From positions 64,001 to 128,000 of the forward strand of contig CAWJJC010000006.1 of NCBI GenBank assembly GCA_963843145.1: a stretch of 64,000 bases of DNA. Direction: 5' to 3'. The position numbers were made by a program, and so were the translations under genes. A model generated the notes under the pieces. That model had not been told where the DNA came from. It ran no database searches and saw only the letters and a list, made by a program, of their open reading frames with translations. Every line of letters begins with the position of its first letter. The stretch's first letter is position 1. Positions 19,095-28,419 of this stretch are shown here, in pieces. The stretch is from an uncultured delta proteobacterium. GTDB lineage: Bacteria > Desulfobacterota > RBG-13-43-22.

Positions 19095-20381
19095 ATGACC
19101 CAGTTGGATTCAGCTCGCCGTGGGGATCTTACTTCTGAAATGAAGACGGTGGCCGCCCGGGAAGGGGTGGACCCTGAAAAATTGATGGAGGGGTTGGCAC
19201 AAGGGACCATAGTCCTTCCGGCCAACACCCTCAAGAAAAAATCCCGGCCGGTGGGTATTGGGCAGGGGCTGACGATCAAGGTCAACGCCAACATCGGGAC
19301 CTCCTCGGATCATATTGATCTGGAAGAAGAGTTGACCAAGTTAAGGATTTGTGTGGAGGCCCAGGCCGATACGGTCATGGACCTGAGCACCGGCGGGGAC
19401 CTGAAGGCTATTTTGAAGGCGATTCTCCATCACTCGCCCCTGCCGGTAGGGACGGTGCCTATTTACCAGGCCGTGGTGGAAACAGTCAGCGCCCTGGGCG
19501 GAATCATCCATTTAACCGCCGATAAGATTTTTGAAGTGATCGAAGCCCAGGCCCGGGAAGGTGTGGACTTCGTCACCGTCCACTGCGGGATGACATTAAG
19601 TTCGCTGGAGCGTTTGAAAAGGCAGGGGCGGATTACGGATATCGTCAGCCGGGGCGGGGCCTTTTTGACCACCTGGATGGTCTATCACGGCCGGGAAAAT
19701 CCCCTTTACGAACAATATCCCCGGTTGCTGGAAATCGCCCGGAAATACGACCTGACCCTGAGCCTGGGCGATGCCCTGCGTCCCGGTTGTTTGGCCGATG
19801 CCACCGACCGGGCTCAGGTGGAAGAGCTGATCCTGTTGGGGGAATTGCGAAACCAGGCCCTGGAGGCCGGGGTCCAGGTCATGATCGAGGGTCCGGGGCA
19901 TGTGCCCCTGAACCAGGTGGAAACCAACATCCTGCTTCAAAAACGGTTATGCCAGGGGGCCCCGTTTTATGTCCTGGGACCTCTAGTGACCGATATCGCC
20001 GCCGGTCACGATCATATAGCCTGTGCCATCGGCGGGGCCCTGGCCGGTATGGCCGGCGCCGATTTTTTATGTTACGTCACGCCTGCGGAGCATTTGAAAC
20101 TTCCGGACCCGGAAGATGTTCGGGAAGGAATCATTGCGGCTCGCATCGCCGCCCATGCGGCGGATCTGGCTCGGGGGAATCCCCGGTCTTGGGAACGGGA
20201 TCGCCAGATGGCCTTGGCCCGCAAGGCCCTGAATTGGGAAAAACAAATGGAATTATGTCTGGACCCGGTGAAGGCCAGGAAATACCGCCAGGAAAATCCG
20301 CCCCAAGAGTCCGAGGTCTGCACCATGTGCGGCGAGTTTTGCGCCATTAAGCTGGTCCGTGATTATTTGAAACGGCCGTGA
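19095..20381 (+). CDS. thiC: Phosphomethylpyrimidine synthase ThiC
   Basis: KVNANIGTS, MDLSTGG, SRGG, MIEGPGH, CYVTPAEHL, CTMCGEFCA. Confidence 0.9.
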   Translation: MTQLDSARRGDLTSEMKTVAAREGVDPEKLMEGLAQGTIVLPANTLKKKSRPVGIGQGLTIKVNANIGTSSDHIDLEEELTKLRICVEAQADTVMDLSTGGDLKAILKAILHHSPLPVGTVPIYQAVVETVSALGGIIHLTADKIFEVIEAQAREGVDFVTVHCGMTLSSLERLKRQGRITDIVSRGGAFLTTWMVYHGRENPLYEQYPRLLEIARKYDLTLSLGDALRPGCLADATDRAQVEELILLGELRNQALEAGVQVMIEGPGHVPLNQVETNILLQKRLCQGAPFYVLGPLVTDIAAGHDHIACAIGGALAGMAGADFLCYVTPAEHLKLPDPEDVREGIIAARIAAHAADLARGNPRSWERDRQMALARKALNWEKQMELCLDPVKARKYRQENPPQESEVCTMCGEFCAIKLVRDYLKRP

Positions 20382-21391
20382 AACCCTTAGGCCCGGCCTC
20401 GGCTTCAGCCCTGGCTCCCCTTCCCCATCTCGCCCAGCAAATCGTCGCCACCCTGCTTAAACGAGAACCCGTCTCCGGGGAGGACCTGGCCGGTCTGCTG
20501 GGTGTTTCCCGGACAGCGGTCTGGAAGCATATTCGGCTCCTGAAAGAGGTCGGATTTGCAGTAGAAGCTCGAACGGGGAAAGGGTACCGGTTAACCCAAG
20601 TCCCGGACCTGTTGCTTCCGGTGCTGATCCAGGCCTTGCTGAAGACCAAAATCATGGGGCGGACCATTTATTACTTTCCGCAAATCGAGTCCACCAACAC
20701 CAAAGCCCGGGAATTAGCCGAAAAGGGAGCCCCGGAGGGCACCCTGGTGGTCGCTGAATATCAGACTCGGGGCAAGGGTCGCATGGCCCGACCCTGGGAA
20801 TCCCCGGCCGGAGAAAACCTGTTGTTCTCCCTAATCCTGCGTCCGACTTTGCCCCCCCAACAAACCTTCAACCTGATCCTGCTGGTCTCCGTGGCCCTCT
20901 GCCGGTCTATTCAAATGGAAACCAACTTGGAATTGAAAATAAAGTGGCCCAATGACCTCTATTGCCAAGAAAAAAAAATGGCTGGGATATTGGCCGAATT
21001 CGCAGCGGAGTCGGATCGTTTGAATTATGTGATCATCGGGGTAGGCTTGAACGTGAATTGGTCTCCGGCGGCCTTACCGGAGGATGCCCAACCGGCCACC
21101 AGCATTTTACTGGAATCCGGCCTTCGGGCCTCCCGGTTGGAAATTTTGGCATCGTTTCTTTCCGGGATGGAGCAGCTTTACCGGAAGGCGCAAAGAGAGG
21201 GATACCACTTTATTAAAAAGGCCTGGGAGCATTATTCGTTAATTAAGAACCGTCCGGTGAGGGTGATGAACGGAGAGGAAGCCTGGACCGGGATCGCCCA
21301 GGGGATTGATCCGCAGGGGGCCTTGCTGGTTATTTTGGATAGCGGGGAGAAAAAGCGTTTTCTAACCGGCGATGTGCATCTTAGGATCTAA
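20378..21391 (+). CDS. birA: Bifunctional biotin protein ligase/repressor
   Basis: HTH SGEDLAGLLGVSRTAVWKHI; QTRGKGRMAR, KWPND, KMAGIL. Confidence 0.94.
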   Translation: MKPLGPASASALAPLPHLAQQIVATLLKREPVSGEDLAGLLGVSRTAVWKHIRLLKEVGFAVEARTGKGYRLTQVPDLLLPVLIQALLKTKIMGRTIYYFPQIESTNTKARELAEKGAPEGTLVVAEYQTRGKGRMARPWESPAGENLLFSLILRPTLPPQQTFNLILLVSVALCRSIQMETNLELKIKWPNDLYCQEKKMAGILAEFAAESDRLNYVIIGVGLNVNWSPAALPEDAQPATSILLESGLRASRLEILASFLSGMEQLYRKAQREGYHFIKKAWEHYSLIKNRPVRVMNGEEAWTGIAQGIDPQGALLVILDSGEKKRFLTGDVHLRI

Positions 21392-21412
21392 AGGTTGACA
21401 CTTTAGATCCCT

Positions 21413-21478
21413 AAATTCGAAATTCGAAGCACGAAATCCGAAACAAATTCAAATTTTCAAAATCCAGATAATCAAAAC
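21413..21478. repeat. Second heptamer family (AAATTCG/AAGCACG/AAATCCG)
   Basis: AAATTCG AAATTCG AAGCACG AAATCCG AAAC; related strings at 44324-44347 and 7925-7938. Confidence 0.65.
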
Positions 21479-21545
21479 TAAACCCTATAAAGCGTCATTT
21501 CTCGCAGCGCTTTTGGGCGGGAATCCAGTCTTTCAGGGTTGGATT

Positions 21546-22634
21546 TTAGTCGGCCTTTGGCGAAAGGGACAGGGGGATTTGAAAAAGGAGTTCGGTTCCC
21601 CGATCGGGTAGCGAGGAAAGCTCCATTCGTCCATTCACTAAACGGACACGTTCTTCCAGCCCTATCCGCTCCCGAGCTTCTTCGGGACCGTCCCCCGGTC
21701 GGTCCTCCTTTATTTGCCCGGTTTCAGAAATGAAGAGCTGGAGGGCATCCTCCTCCACGGTGAGCCTAACGGTAATTTGGGCGGCCTGGGTCTGGCGCAG
21801 GACTTCTTGGACCAGCCGGAAAGAGGCGATTTCTACTTCCGGGGCAAAACGCACCGACGGCGGTTCGGCGGAAAACGCTATAATACTTCCGGTCCGTTGG
21901 GACTCGTGGTCGATATGCCGGCGGAGGGCGGGAATCAATCCCAGCTCATCCAGGATCGGGGGGCGTAATTCCATTGAAAGCCGGTTAATCTGTCGCCAGA
22001 CCCGGTCAATCAATTTTATACTTTCATTTACCGGGATCGACCGGTCGACCGGGTTGGGAAGGGCCAAGGCGGCTTGGAGATTGACTTGAGCGGTGAAGAG
22101 GACTGGGCCGATTTCAACCTGCAATTCCCGGACGATCTGTTGCCTTTCCGCTTCCTGGGCTTCGATTAAGTGCCGTGATAGCAGGCGGAGCCGGTCCCGG
22201 CTGGTTCGCAGGTCTTCGGATGGCCTCTCCGCTGCCCGGGATTGGTTCTGGAATCCCTCTTCAGCCCTCCGGCCTTCAGGTATTTCCGAGATGAGGTGAA
22301 CGGCTCCGATCAACCGACCGGATTCGTCAAAGAAGGGATCGGCGCTGAGGTTTAAGGTGCGGCCATTTAAAGACAATACCAGGGTTTCTTTTCGCAGGCT
22401 TTGTCGCATGCGGCTGACCGGGCAACCGGGGATGGGTTCCAGGTTACCGTGAACCAGTTGGCAGCAGGAAAATCCCAATATTTGGTCCGCCGGTTTTTTT
22501 AGAAGGTCTACCATGGCCTGGTTATAGTTCAAAATCCGGCCTTCCAGATCCAATAGGCAAACGGCTTCAGGGAGGGAATCAAAAATACTTTGCCAGGGTT
22601 GGGAAATTGCCGTATTGTTCCGATCCATGATCAT
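21546..22634 (-). CDS. PAS + HisKA_3/HATPase-like protein with degenerate catalytic motifs (pseudo-kinase)
   Basis: Own RBS (AAGGAAG) and ATG; PAS with C-C-x3-H...C-P; H-box reads RELQVEIG instead of RELHDEIG. Confidence 0.75.
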   Translation of the reverse strand: MIMDRNNTAISQPWQSIFDSLPEAVCLLDLEGRILNYNQAMVDLLKKPADQILGFSCCQLVHGNLEPIPGCPVSRMRQSLRKETLVLSLNGRTLNLSADPFFDESGRLIGAVHLISEIPEGRRAEEGFQNQSRAAERPSEDLRTSRDRLRLLSRHLIEAQEAERQQIVRELQVEIGPVLFTAQVNLQAALALPNPVDRSIPVNESIKLIDRVWRQINRLSMELRPPILDELGLIPALRRHIDHESQRTGSIIAFSAEPPSVRFAPEVEIASFRLVQEVLRQTQAAQITVRLTVEEDALQLFISETGQIKEDRPGDGPEEARERIGLEERVRLVNGRMELSSLPDRGTELLFQIPLSLSPKAD

Positions 22635-22884
22635 TGCCTGGGTCTTCCTTGGGGGGAATAGGCCTGTAAAAGCCAACAAAGGCCTGGTTCGTACCTTCTT
22701 GAAAAGAGTACAGGTATTCTGCCATATCCTCGGGGGAGAGATCAACTCATTTTCCCGGTTTTCCCGCCTAATTCTTAAAGGGCGTTGAATGAATCTCGTG
22801 GGTATGGTATTAAACTCCCAGGCCCGGGAGGCCACCCCGAAGCAGGAACATTTGTTTTTAAGCTTAAGCATTAGCTCGTCATTC

Positions 22885-23980
22885 CGTCTCCGGGCAATCT
22901 TGACAATGGCCTTGGTCTTCTTCATCCGCCGGCAGTACTCATTAAAGGCCAGCAACAATACCGGATCCAGCCGGGCGGCCGTCCAGGCGGCTTCGATGAG
23001 TACGTCCCGTAGTTGGGCGTTTCGCCGAAAGGTCAGGCCGCCGATATGCTCGGTTTCTCCGCTGACGTGAATGTCGGGGATGAGCCCCACGTAACTGGCC
23101 AGGTGGTCCAGGTCGCTAAAGCGGGATAGGTCACAAAGCTCGGTGAGCAGGATCATGGACGCTAGCGTACTTAATCCCGGGACGGTTTTTAAGTGCTCCA
23201 CACTCTTCCGATACACGGGCTCCCGGGAAAGCAGGATGATGCCCCGGTTTACGGAGGCGATCAGTGACTTGAGCTGCTTTAGTTCTTCTAGATAGGCCTG
23301 AAAGGCCAGATGGCCGCTGGCCCGCTCCATCTGGATCTGTTCGAGCTGGTTAAGAAACTTTTGGGACCACCGACTACGAACGACTTCTTCGGGCTGATCC
23401 AGCCCGTAGAAGAACAGAAAGGACTTGATTTGATTCTTACACCGGGTTTGCTTCCGCACCAAACTTTGCCGGATTCGGACCAGGCTGCGATCTTCCAACT
23501 GGGGTCGGGTCGGAACGTAGATCCCTTTCAGTTCCCCGCTCCGCAGATGCCGGGCCAGCTTGCGGCAGTCGATCCGATCCCGTTTGGTGGTGCGCTCTTT
23601 ATTCGTCGTCGGGACATCAGCCGGATGGACCACGATACAGTTGACCCCCTTTTCCTGAAGCTGATTGTGGGTCCAGAAGCCGCTAAAACCGGCTTCATAG
23701 GCCGAATAATAGTTCGCCCCGGGAAAATTCCGTTTCAGATAATGGGCCAATTTGTCCGCTTCGGGAGGCTGGGTAAACTTTTTATGCTCGCATTGTTCCG
23801 AAAAAATGCTCACGCTCCAGTTCTTTTTATGGACATCCAGTCCCACGTAAATCGATTGACCCGAAAAATCCAATTTGTTAACCTGTTCCATAGCAAGTCT
23901 CCTTTCGGTTGTTTTTTTGTCTGGCACCAAAAGTATAACCGAAAACTCAAGACTTGCCTTTCTATTTCAACATAAGGTCG
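22885..23980 (-). mobile_element. IS110-family insertion sequence, 3'-truncated, inserted in a REP-like element at a duplicated CG core
   Basis: Flanks TTAGCTCGTCATTC[CG] and [CG]GACAAGCGAAGCG rejoin into the intact repeat seen at 40469 and 7962; the element contains an IS110 transposase. Confidence 0.88.
22887..23891 (-). CDS. IS110-family transposase lacking its C-terminal end and own stop codon
   Basis: RuvC-like DEDD: GLDVHK, YEAG, KRDRID; VPGL, SYVGL...HVSGET, LIEAAW; AGGAGA RBS; ends at ...IVKIARR at the element boundary. Confidence 0.9.
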
Positions 23981-24112
23981 GACAAGCGAAGCGCGATCCG
24001 GAATCCAGGGCTGTTGAAGCCCCCCAATGCCCTGGATGCCGGACCAAGTCCGGTATGACGGCCAAAATCAAAGGCCCAAAAGCTGTGTTTGAATGTTATT
24101 TTCGGATTAAAC
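23979..24112. repeat. Right part of REP-like element copy 2 (left part at 22871-22886)
   Basis: CGGACAAGCGAAGCGCGATCCGGAATCCAG...CTGGATGCCGGACCAAGTCCGGTATGAC plus a tail similar to copy 1. Confidence 0.85.
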
Positions 24113-24113
24113 T

Positions 24114-26183
24114 ATGACCGTTCTCCATCCGGCCGCGGAGCGCTACCTGAACATCCCCGGCAGCCTGATCGCCTGGGTCCTGCTGATCGTGGCCTTAATA
24201 CTGTTCTCTTTTTCATTGTACCGGCGTCTCTGTCTGCTCCGCTCCGGGCAGCCGGACCCCCGCTGGGGCGACTGGAAGGAACGGGTCTGGGGATTGCTTG
24301 TTTTTGGAATTCTCCAAAAAAGACAGCCCCGGTATTTCTGGTCCGGGTTGATCCATTTTCTTATTTTTTGGGGGTTTGTGGTCCTCGGGCTTCGTTCGCT
24401 GGATCTGATCGTGCAAGGCTTGGGAGGCGGAACCGCCCTGCCTTTTTTGAAAGGCGGATTAGGATCCTTTTACAGCAGCCTCAAGGATCTGTTCGAACTG
24501 ACTGTCCTGGGCGCCTGTATTTGGGCCATCTTTCGGCGGGTGGTAATCAGGCCTGCCCGGTACGAGCTGGAGAAAGGCCGAGGGCCTGGCTGGGAGGGCT
24601 ACCTGGTCCTGTCCCTGATTGGTTTCCTGATGCTTACGGATATGTTTTTTGAAGGGGGCACGCTCCTTTTGTCCCCCCCCGCTCCGGGCTGGCGTCCGTC
24701 GGCCGGCCTGGCCGCCTCGGTTTTGTCCGCCCTGGATGAAACCGAGATCAAAAACGTTTCCCTTCTCGCTTACTGGGCCCATTATCTGGCCTTCTTTTGC
24801 TTTTTAAATTTTCTCCCCCTGGCCAAGCACTTCCATATTATTACGGCCCTGCCCAATATCTTTCTGCGCAAGCTCAAAAAAGGGTCCCTCAAGCCGGCCC
24901 GCTGGGGGAAGGAGAACTTGGAAGAACTGGAAAGCCTGGGCGTCGGTCGTCTCGAGGATTTTACCTGGAAGCACCTCCTGGATTTATTCACCTGCACCGA
25001 ATGCGGACGCTGCTCGGACCAATGCCCGGCCAAGGCGGTGGGGCGTCCCCTTTCGCCCAAGATGATTACCCTCAAGCTCCGGGATTACGCTTACCGTAAA
25101 GTCCCGGTGTTTTCCCTCGGCCGCTCGACATCCGCTACAGAGCCAGCGGAGGATCGGAAGGAAAAAGGAGGCCCCGAAGGCGCCCTGATCGGGGAGGTGA
25201 TCACCTTCGCTGAAATCTGGTCCTGTACCACTTGCGGGGCCTGCGAAGAAGAGTGTCCGGTCTTTATCGAATACATCGATAAAATGATCGATATGCGGCG
25301 CCACCTCATTGAAACCGCCCAAAACCCCAAGACCTTTAATTCGATTCTGACTCATGTGGAAAAGACCGGCAATCCCTTCGGCAAACCGCCTAAAAAACGG
25401 GCCGATTGGATCAAGGAGATCGCGGATGTTCCGGTCAAGGTCCTGAAAAAAGGAGATGAGACGGACGTTCTTTATTTTGTGGACAGCTATGCCTCTTACG
25501 ATCCCCGGGTGCAGGCCGTAGCCCAGGCCGTCGTCCGAGGATTGAGTCTGGCCGAAGTGAACTTTGGGATCCTGGGCGCGCGGGAGAAGGACTCGGGGCA
25601 TCAGGTCCGCCGCCTGGGTGAAGAAGGGCTTTTTCAGTTGCTCCGGGAGGAGAACCTGGAAATCCTTCAATCTTGCCGGTACAAACAAATAGTCACCACG
25701 GATCCCCATGCGTTCAATACGCTAAAAAATGATTATCCGGGGAACCTGCCGGTGGGGCATTATACCCTGATTTTTCGGGATTTGCTGGCTTCCGGCCGGT
25801 TAAAGCCGAAAAAAATAATCGACGGGCAACCGCTTTACACGTATCATGACCCCTGTTACCTGGGTCGGCACAATGAGATTTATGAGGCCCCCCGGGAAAT
25901 TCTCAACCGCCTTCCGGGGTTGAAGTGGGTGGAGATGGCGCGTTGCCGGGACCGCAGCTTTTGCTGCGGGGGCGGGGACGTCAATCTCTGGCATGAAATC
26001 GAAGGGGAAACGATGCGCCCGGCGGCCAGGCGCCTGGAGATGGCCCTGGAAGCAGGGGTCGGGGGGATTGTTACGGCCTGTCCCTTCTGTTTATTGAACC
26101 TGGAGGATGCGGTCAAGACCGCGGGCCTGGAAGATGAAATGAAGGTGGTTGACCTGATGGAATTGTTGGTGTCGACTTTATAG
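24114..26183 (+). CDS. Membrane Fe-S oxidoreductase (FadF/HdrD-like; probable ETF:quinone oxidoreductase)
   Basis: N-terminal TM region with His residues (LIHFLIFWGF, WAHY, KHFH); CTECGRCSDQCP and CTTCGACEEECP; HDPCYLGRHN, FCCGGG, TACPFC; adjacent to etfBA. Confidence 0.88.
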   Translation: MTVLHPAAERYLNIPGSLIAWVLLIVALILFSFSLYRRLCLLRSGQPDPRWGDWKERVWGLLVFGILQKRQPRYFWSGLIHFLIFWGFVVLGLRSLDLIVQGLGGGTALPFLKGGLGSFYSSLKDLFELTVLGACIWAIFRRVVIRPARYELEKGRGPGWEGYLVLSLIGFLMLTDMFFEGGTLLLSPPAPGWRPSAGLAASVLSALDETEIKNVSLLAYWAHYLAFFCFLNFLPLAKHFHIITALPNIFLRKLKKGSLKPARWGKENLEELESLGVGRLEDFTWKHLLDLFTCTECGRCSDQCPAKAVGRPLSPKMITLKLRDYAYRKVPVFSLGRSTSATEPAEDRKEKGGPEGALIGEVITFAEIWSCTTCGACEEECPVFIEYIDKMIDMRRHLIETAQNPKTFNSILTHVEKTGNPFGKPPKKRADWIKEIADVPVKVLKKGDETDVLYFVDSYASYDPRVQAVAQAVVRGLSLAEVNFGILGAREKDSGHQVRRLGEEGLFQLLREENLEILQSCRYKQIVTTDPHAFNTLKNDYPGNLPVGHYTLIFRDLLASGRLKPKKIIDGQPLYTYHDPCYLGRHNEIYEAPREILNRLPGLKWVEMARCRDRSFCCGGGDVNLWHEIEGETMRPAARRLEMALEAGVGGIVTACPFCLLNLEDAVKTAGLEDEMKVVDLMELLVSTL

Positions 26184-26230
26184 TTTTTTTTGGTTGTTCG
26201 CTTTTGGGCGGGTACCCAGCATAGTGGGGA

Positions 26231-26394
26231 TGGCTGCCGGGTCTCAGCAAAAGGGTTTTCCACATTGCTTTTAGGTTTTAACCCGACCCCCGTGTTTTCA
26301 AATCTTCCCGGAGTCAGGGCCACCCTGGGAGCCGTCAAAAGACTCGAAGTCCGGAGTACTTTTGGAAAACCCTTTTGCTGAGACCCGGCAGCCA
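26231..26394. mobile_element. MITE-like element, 164 bp, perfect 32-bp terminal inverted repeats
   Basis: TGGCTGCCGGGTCTCAGCAAAAGGGTTTTCCA (26231-26262) and its exact reverse complement (26363-26394); no target duplication visible. Confidence 0.7.
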
Positions 26395-26490
26395 CGAGGC
26401 CCGATTTCAAACTAGGCCTTCCCGCCCCCGGGAACGCCCCGAAGGATGAAAATGACTGGGAGGCAACAGCCTAAGTGAATGATATAAAAA

Positions 26491-26517
26491 ATTAATAATC
26501 AATAGTTAATTATTAAT
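26491..26517. repeat. AT-rich heptamer palindromic array B
   Basis: ATTAATAATCAATAGTTAATTATTAAT. Confidence 0.7.
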
Positions 26518-26542
26518 GAATGTCTATGCAGGAGGATACCCT

Positions 26543-27322
26543 TTGAATATTATTGTTTGTGTAAAACGGGTCCCTTTCACCCAGGAGGTGGACCTGGAAA
26601 TCGAGGCCGGTAAAAAAGAGGTGGACCGGGAATCCCTGGCTTACGTCATCAATGACTGGGACCACTATGCTATTGAAGAGGCCGTTTATCTGAAAGAGCA
26701 GGGGGAGGGAACGGTCACGGCCATTACCATCGGACCGGAGGAGGATGAGGAGGTCCTCCGGCGGTGTCTGGCCATGGGGGCCGATCAAGCCCGGCGCATC
26801 GATCCCGGGGAGCAAACCCTGGACGGCGGCGGAACGGCCCGGGTGTTGGCCCGGGTCATAGCCGCTATTCCCTTTGACCTGATTTTATGCGGTGTCCAGG
26901 CGGAAGACGACAACCAGGGGATGGTGGGAATCATGCTGGCCGAACACCTCGGTCTGGCTCACGCGGCGGTGGTCACCGGCATCGAAACCCGGGGAGAAGA
27001 GTTGATCGTTCAATGCGAGTTGGAAGGCGGGATGGACGAGCGTTCGAAGATAAAGCTCCCGGCCCTTTTGACCGTTCAGACCGGCATCAACGAGCCCCGT
27101 TATGTTTCCATCATGGGGATCAAAAAGGCGACCAAGAAACCACTGGAGGTGATTCCCCTGGCCGACCTGAATTTTTCTTCGGACGATCTGGCTCCGCAAG
27201 TCCTTATTGATGAAGTTTTTCTCCCGTCGGAGACCGGCGGCGCCGAAATGATCAGCGGCGACCCGATGCAGGCGGCGGGAAAGATCCTGCAAATACTAAA
27301 AGAAAAGGGGGTGAGGACCTGA
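26543..27322 (+). CDS. etfB: Electron transfer flavoprotein beta subunit
   Basis: IIVCVKRVP, LAMGAD, CGVQAED, INEPRY; TTG start after GGAGG. Confidence 0.93.
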   Translation: MNIIVCVKRVPFTQEVDLEIEAGKKEVDRESLAYVINDWDHYAIEEAVYLKEQGEGTVTAITIGPEEDEEVLRRCLAMGADQARRIDPGEQTLDGGGTARVLARVIAAIPFDLILCGVQAEDDNQGMVGIMLAEHLGLAHAAVVTGIETRGEELIVQCELEGGMDERSKIKLPALLTVQTGINEPRYVSIMGIKKATKKPLEVIPLADLNFSSDDLAPQVLIDEVFLPSETGGAEMISGDPMQAAGKILQILKEKGVRT

Positions 27323-28347
27323 TGGGAGGAATCTTCGTAGTGGTGGAACACCGCCAGGGGAGGGTTCGAGATATCACCCTGGAGATGCTCTCCAAGGCCG
27401 GTGAATTGAAGAATGACCTGGGCGGCGATCTAACGGCCGTCCTGCTGGGTTGGGAAACCGGGCCGCTGATTGAAGCCTTAAAAGGGCGGGCCGACAGGAT
27501 CCTGGTGATCGAAGACGAGCGGGTAAAATTTTTTCAGGCCGAGGTTTACCAATCGATCCTCAGGCAACTGATTCAGGAATTTCAACCGGCCCTGACCCTG
27601 ATCGGCCAGACCTCCTGGGGACTAGACCTGGCCCCCTGCCTGGCGGTCCAAATGGGTTTCCCCTTGGTCACGGATTGCCTGGATATTAAGATCGAAGCCG
27701 GAAAGCCTACGGCCCTGCGCCAGATATACGGTGGCAAAGTATTTGCTCGGGTCTCTATTAAGGAATCCACCGGGTATCTGGCCACCATTCGACCGGGCGC
27801 TTTTTCACCCGACCCGGCAGGAGACAGTCCCACCGAAGTGGTCAAAATAGAATTCCCGCCGGAACTGCCGGAAAGTAAAAGGCAGATCCTGGAATTGGTC
27901 GAGTCGGAAGCCGGGGAGGTGGATATTGCCCAGGCCGAGTTTCTGGTTTCGGTAGGTCGGGGTGTGGGCGAAGAAGAAAACCTGGCCCAGGTCCGGGAAC
28001 TGGCCCAGTCGCTGGGGGCCGTGTTGTCCTGTTCCCGGCCGATTGTGGACAAGAAGTGGTTGCCCAAGTACCACCAGGTGGGCACCTCGGGCAAATCGGT
28101 CAAGCCCAAGGTCTACCTGGCGTTGGGCATCAGCGGGGCCTTTCAGCACCTGGCCGGGATCGGCGGCGCCGGTACCGTAATTGCCGTCAACAAGGACCCC
28201 CGGGCCCCGATTTTTCGGGTGGCCCAGTACGGCGTGGCCCAGGATATTTTTAAGATCATCCCGGCATTGATGGAACAAATAAACAGGAAAGATTCTTACC
28301 TACATTGTTCTGAGAATTTGTCTTTAACAACGGATGTAAGAATCTAA
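27322..28347 (+). CDS. etfA: Electron transfer flavoprotein alpha subunit
   Basis: VSVGRG, SRPIVD, QVGTSGK, GISGAFQH, VNKDPRAPIF. Confidence 0.94.
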   Translation: MGGIFVVVEHRQGRVRDITLEMLSKAGELKNDLGGDLTAVLLGWETGPLIEALKGRADRILVIEDERVKFFQAEVYQSILRQLIQEFQPALTLIGQTSWGLDLAPCLAVQMGFPLVTDCLDIKIEAGKPTALRQIYGGKVFARVSIKESTGYLATIRPGAFSPDPAGDSPTEVVKIEFPPELPESKRQILELVESEAGEVDIAQAEFLVSVGRGVGEEENLAQVRELAQSLGAVLSCSRPIVDKKWLPKYHQVGTSGKSVKPKVYLALGISGAFQHLAGIGGAGTVIAVNKDPRAPIFRVAQYGVAQDIFKIIPALMEQINRKDSYLHCSENLSLTTDVRI

Positions 28348-28419
28348 TATGAAAAACGGTTTTAAATCGGTATTTCAAAATATTTGGCAGTATTCACCGC
28401 CAAGACGCAAAGGAACCTC

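Noticed and set aside
19095-20381. ThiC homolog as BzaA/B/F (cobamide lower-ligand synthesis)
   Set aside because: It is adjacent to thiDN and not linked to cobT or the B12 riboswitch. A phylogeny would be needed to exclude this fully.
21546-23930. 794-aa transposase-kinase as an evolved fusion protein
   Set aside because: The linker is the split REP plus intergenic DNA, and the kinase has its own RBS and start. It is better explained by loss of the transposase stop.
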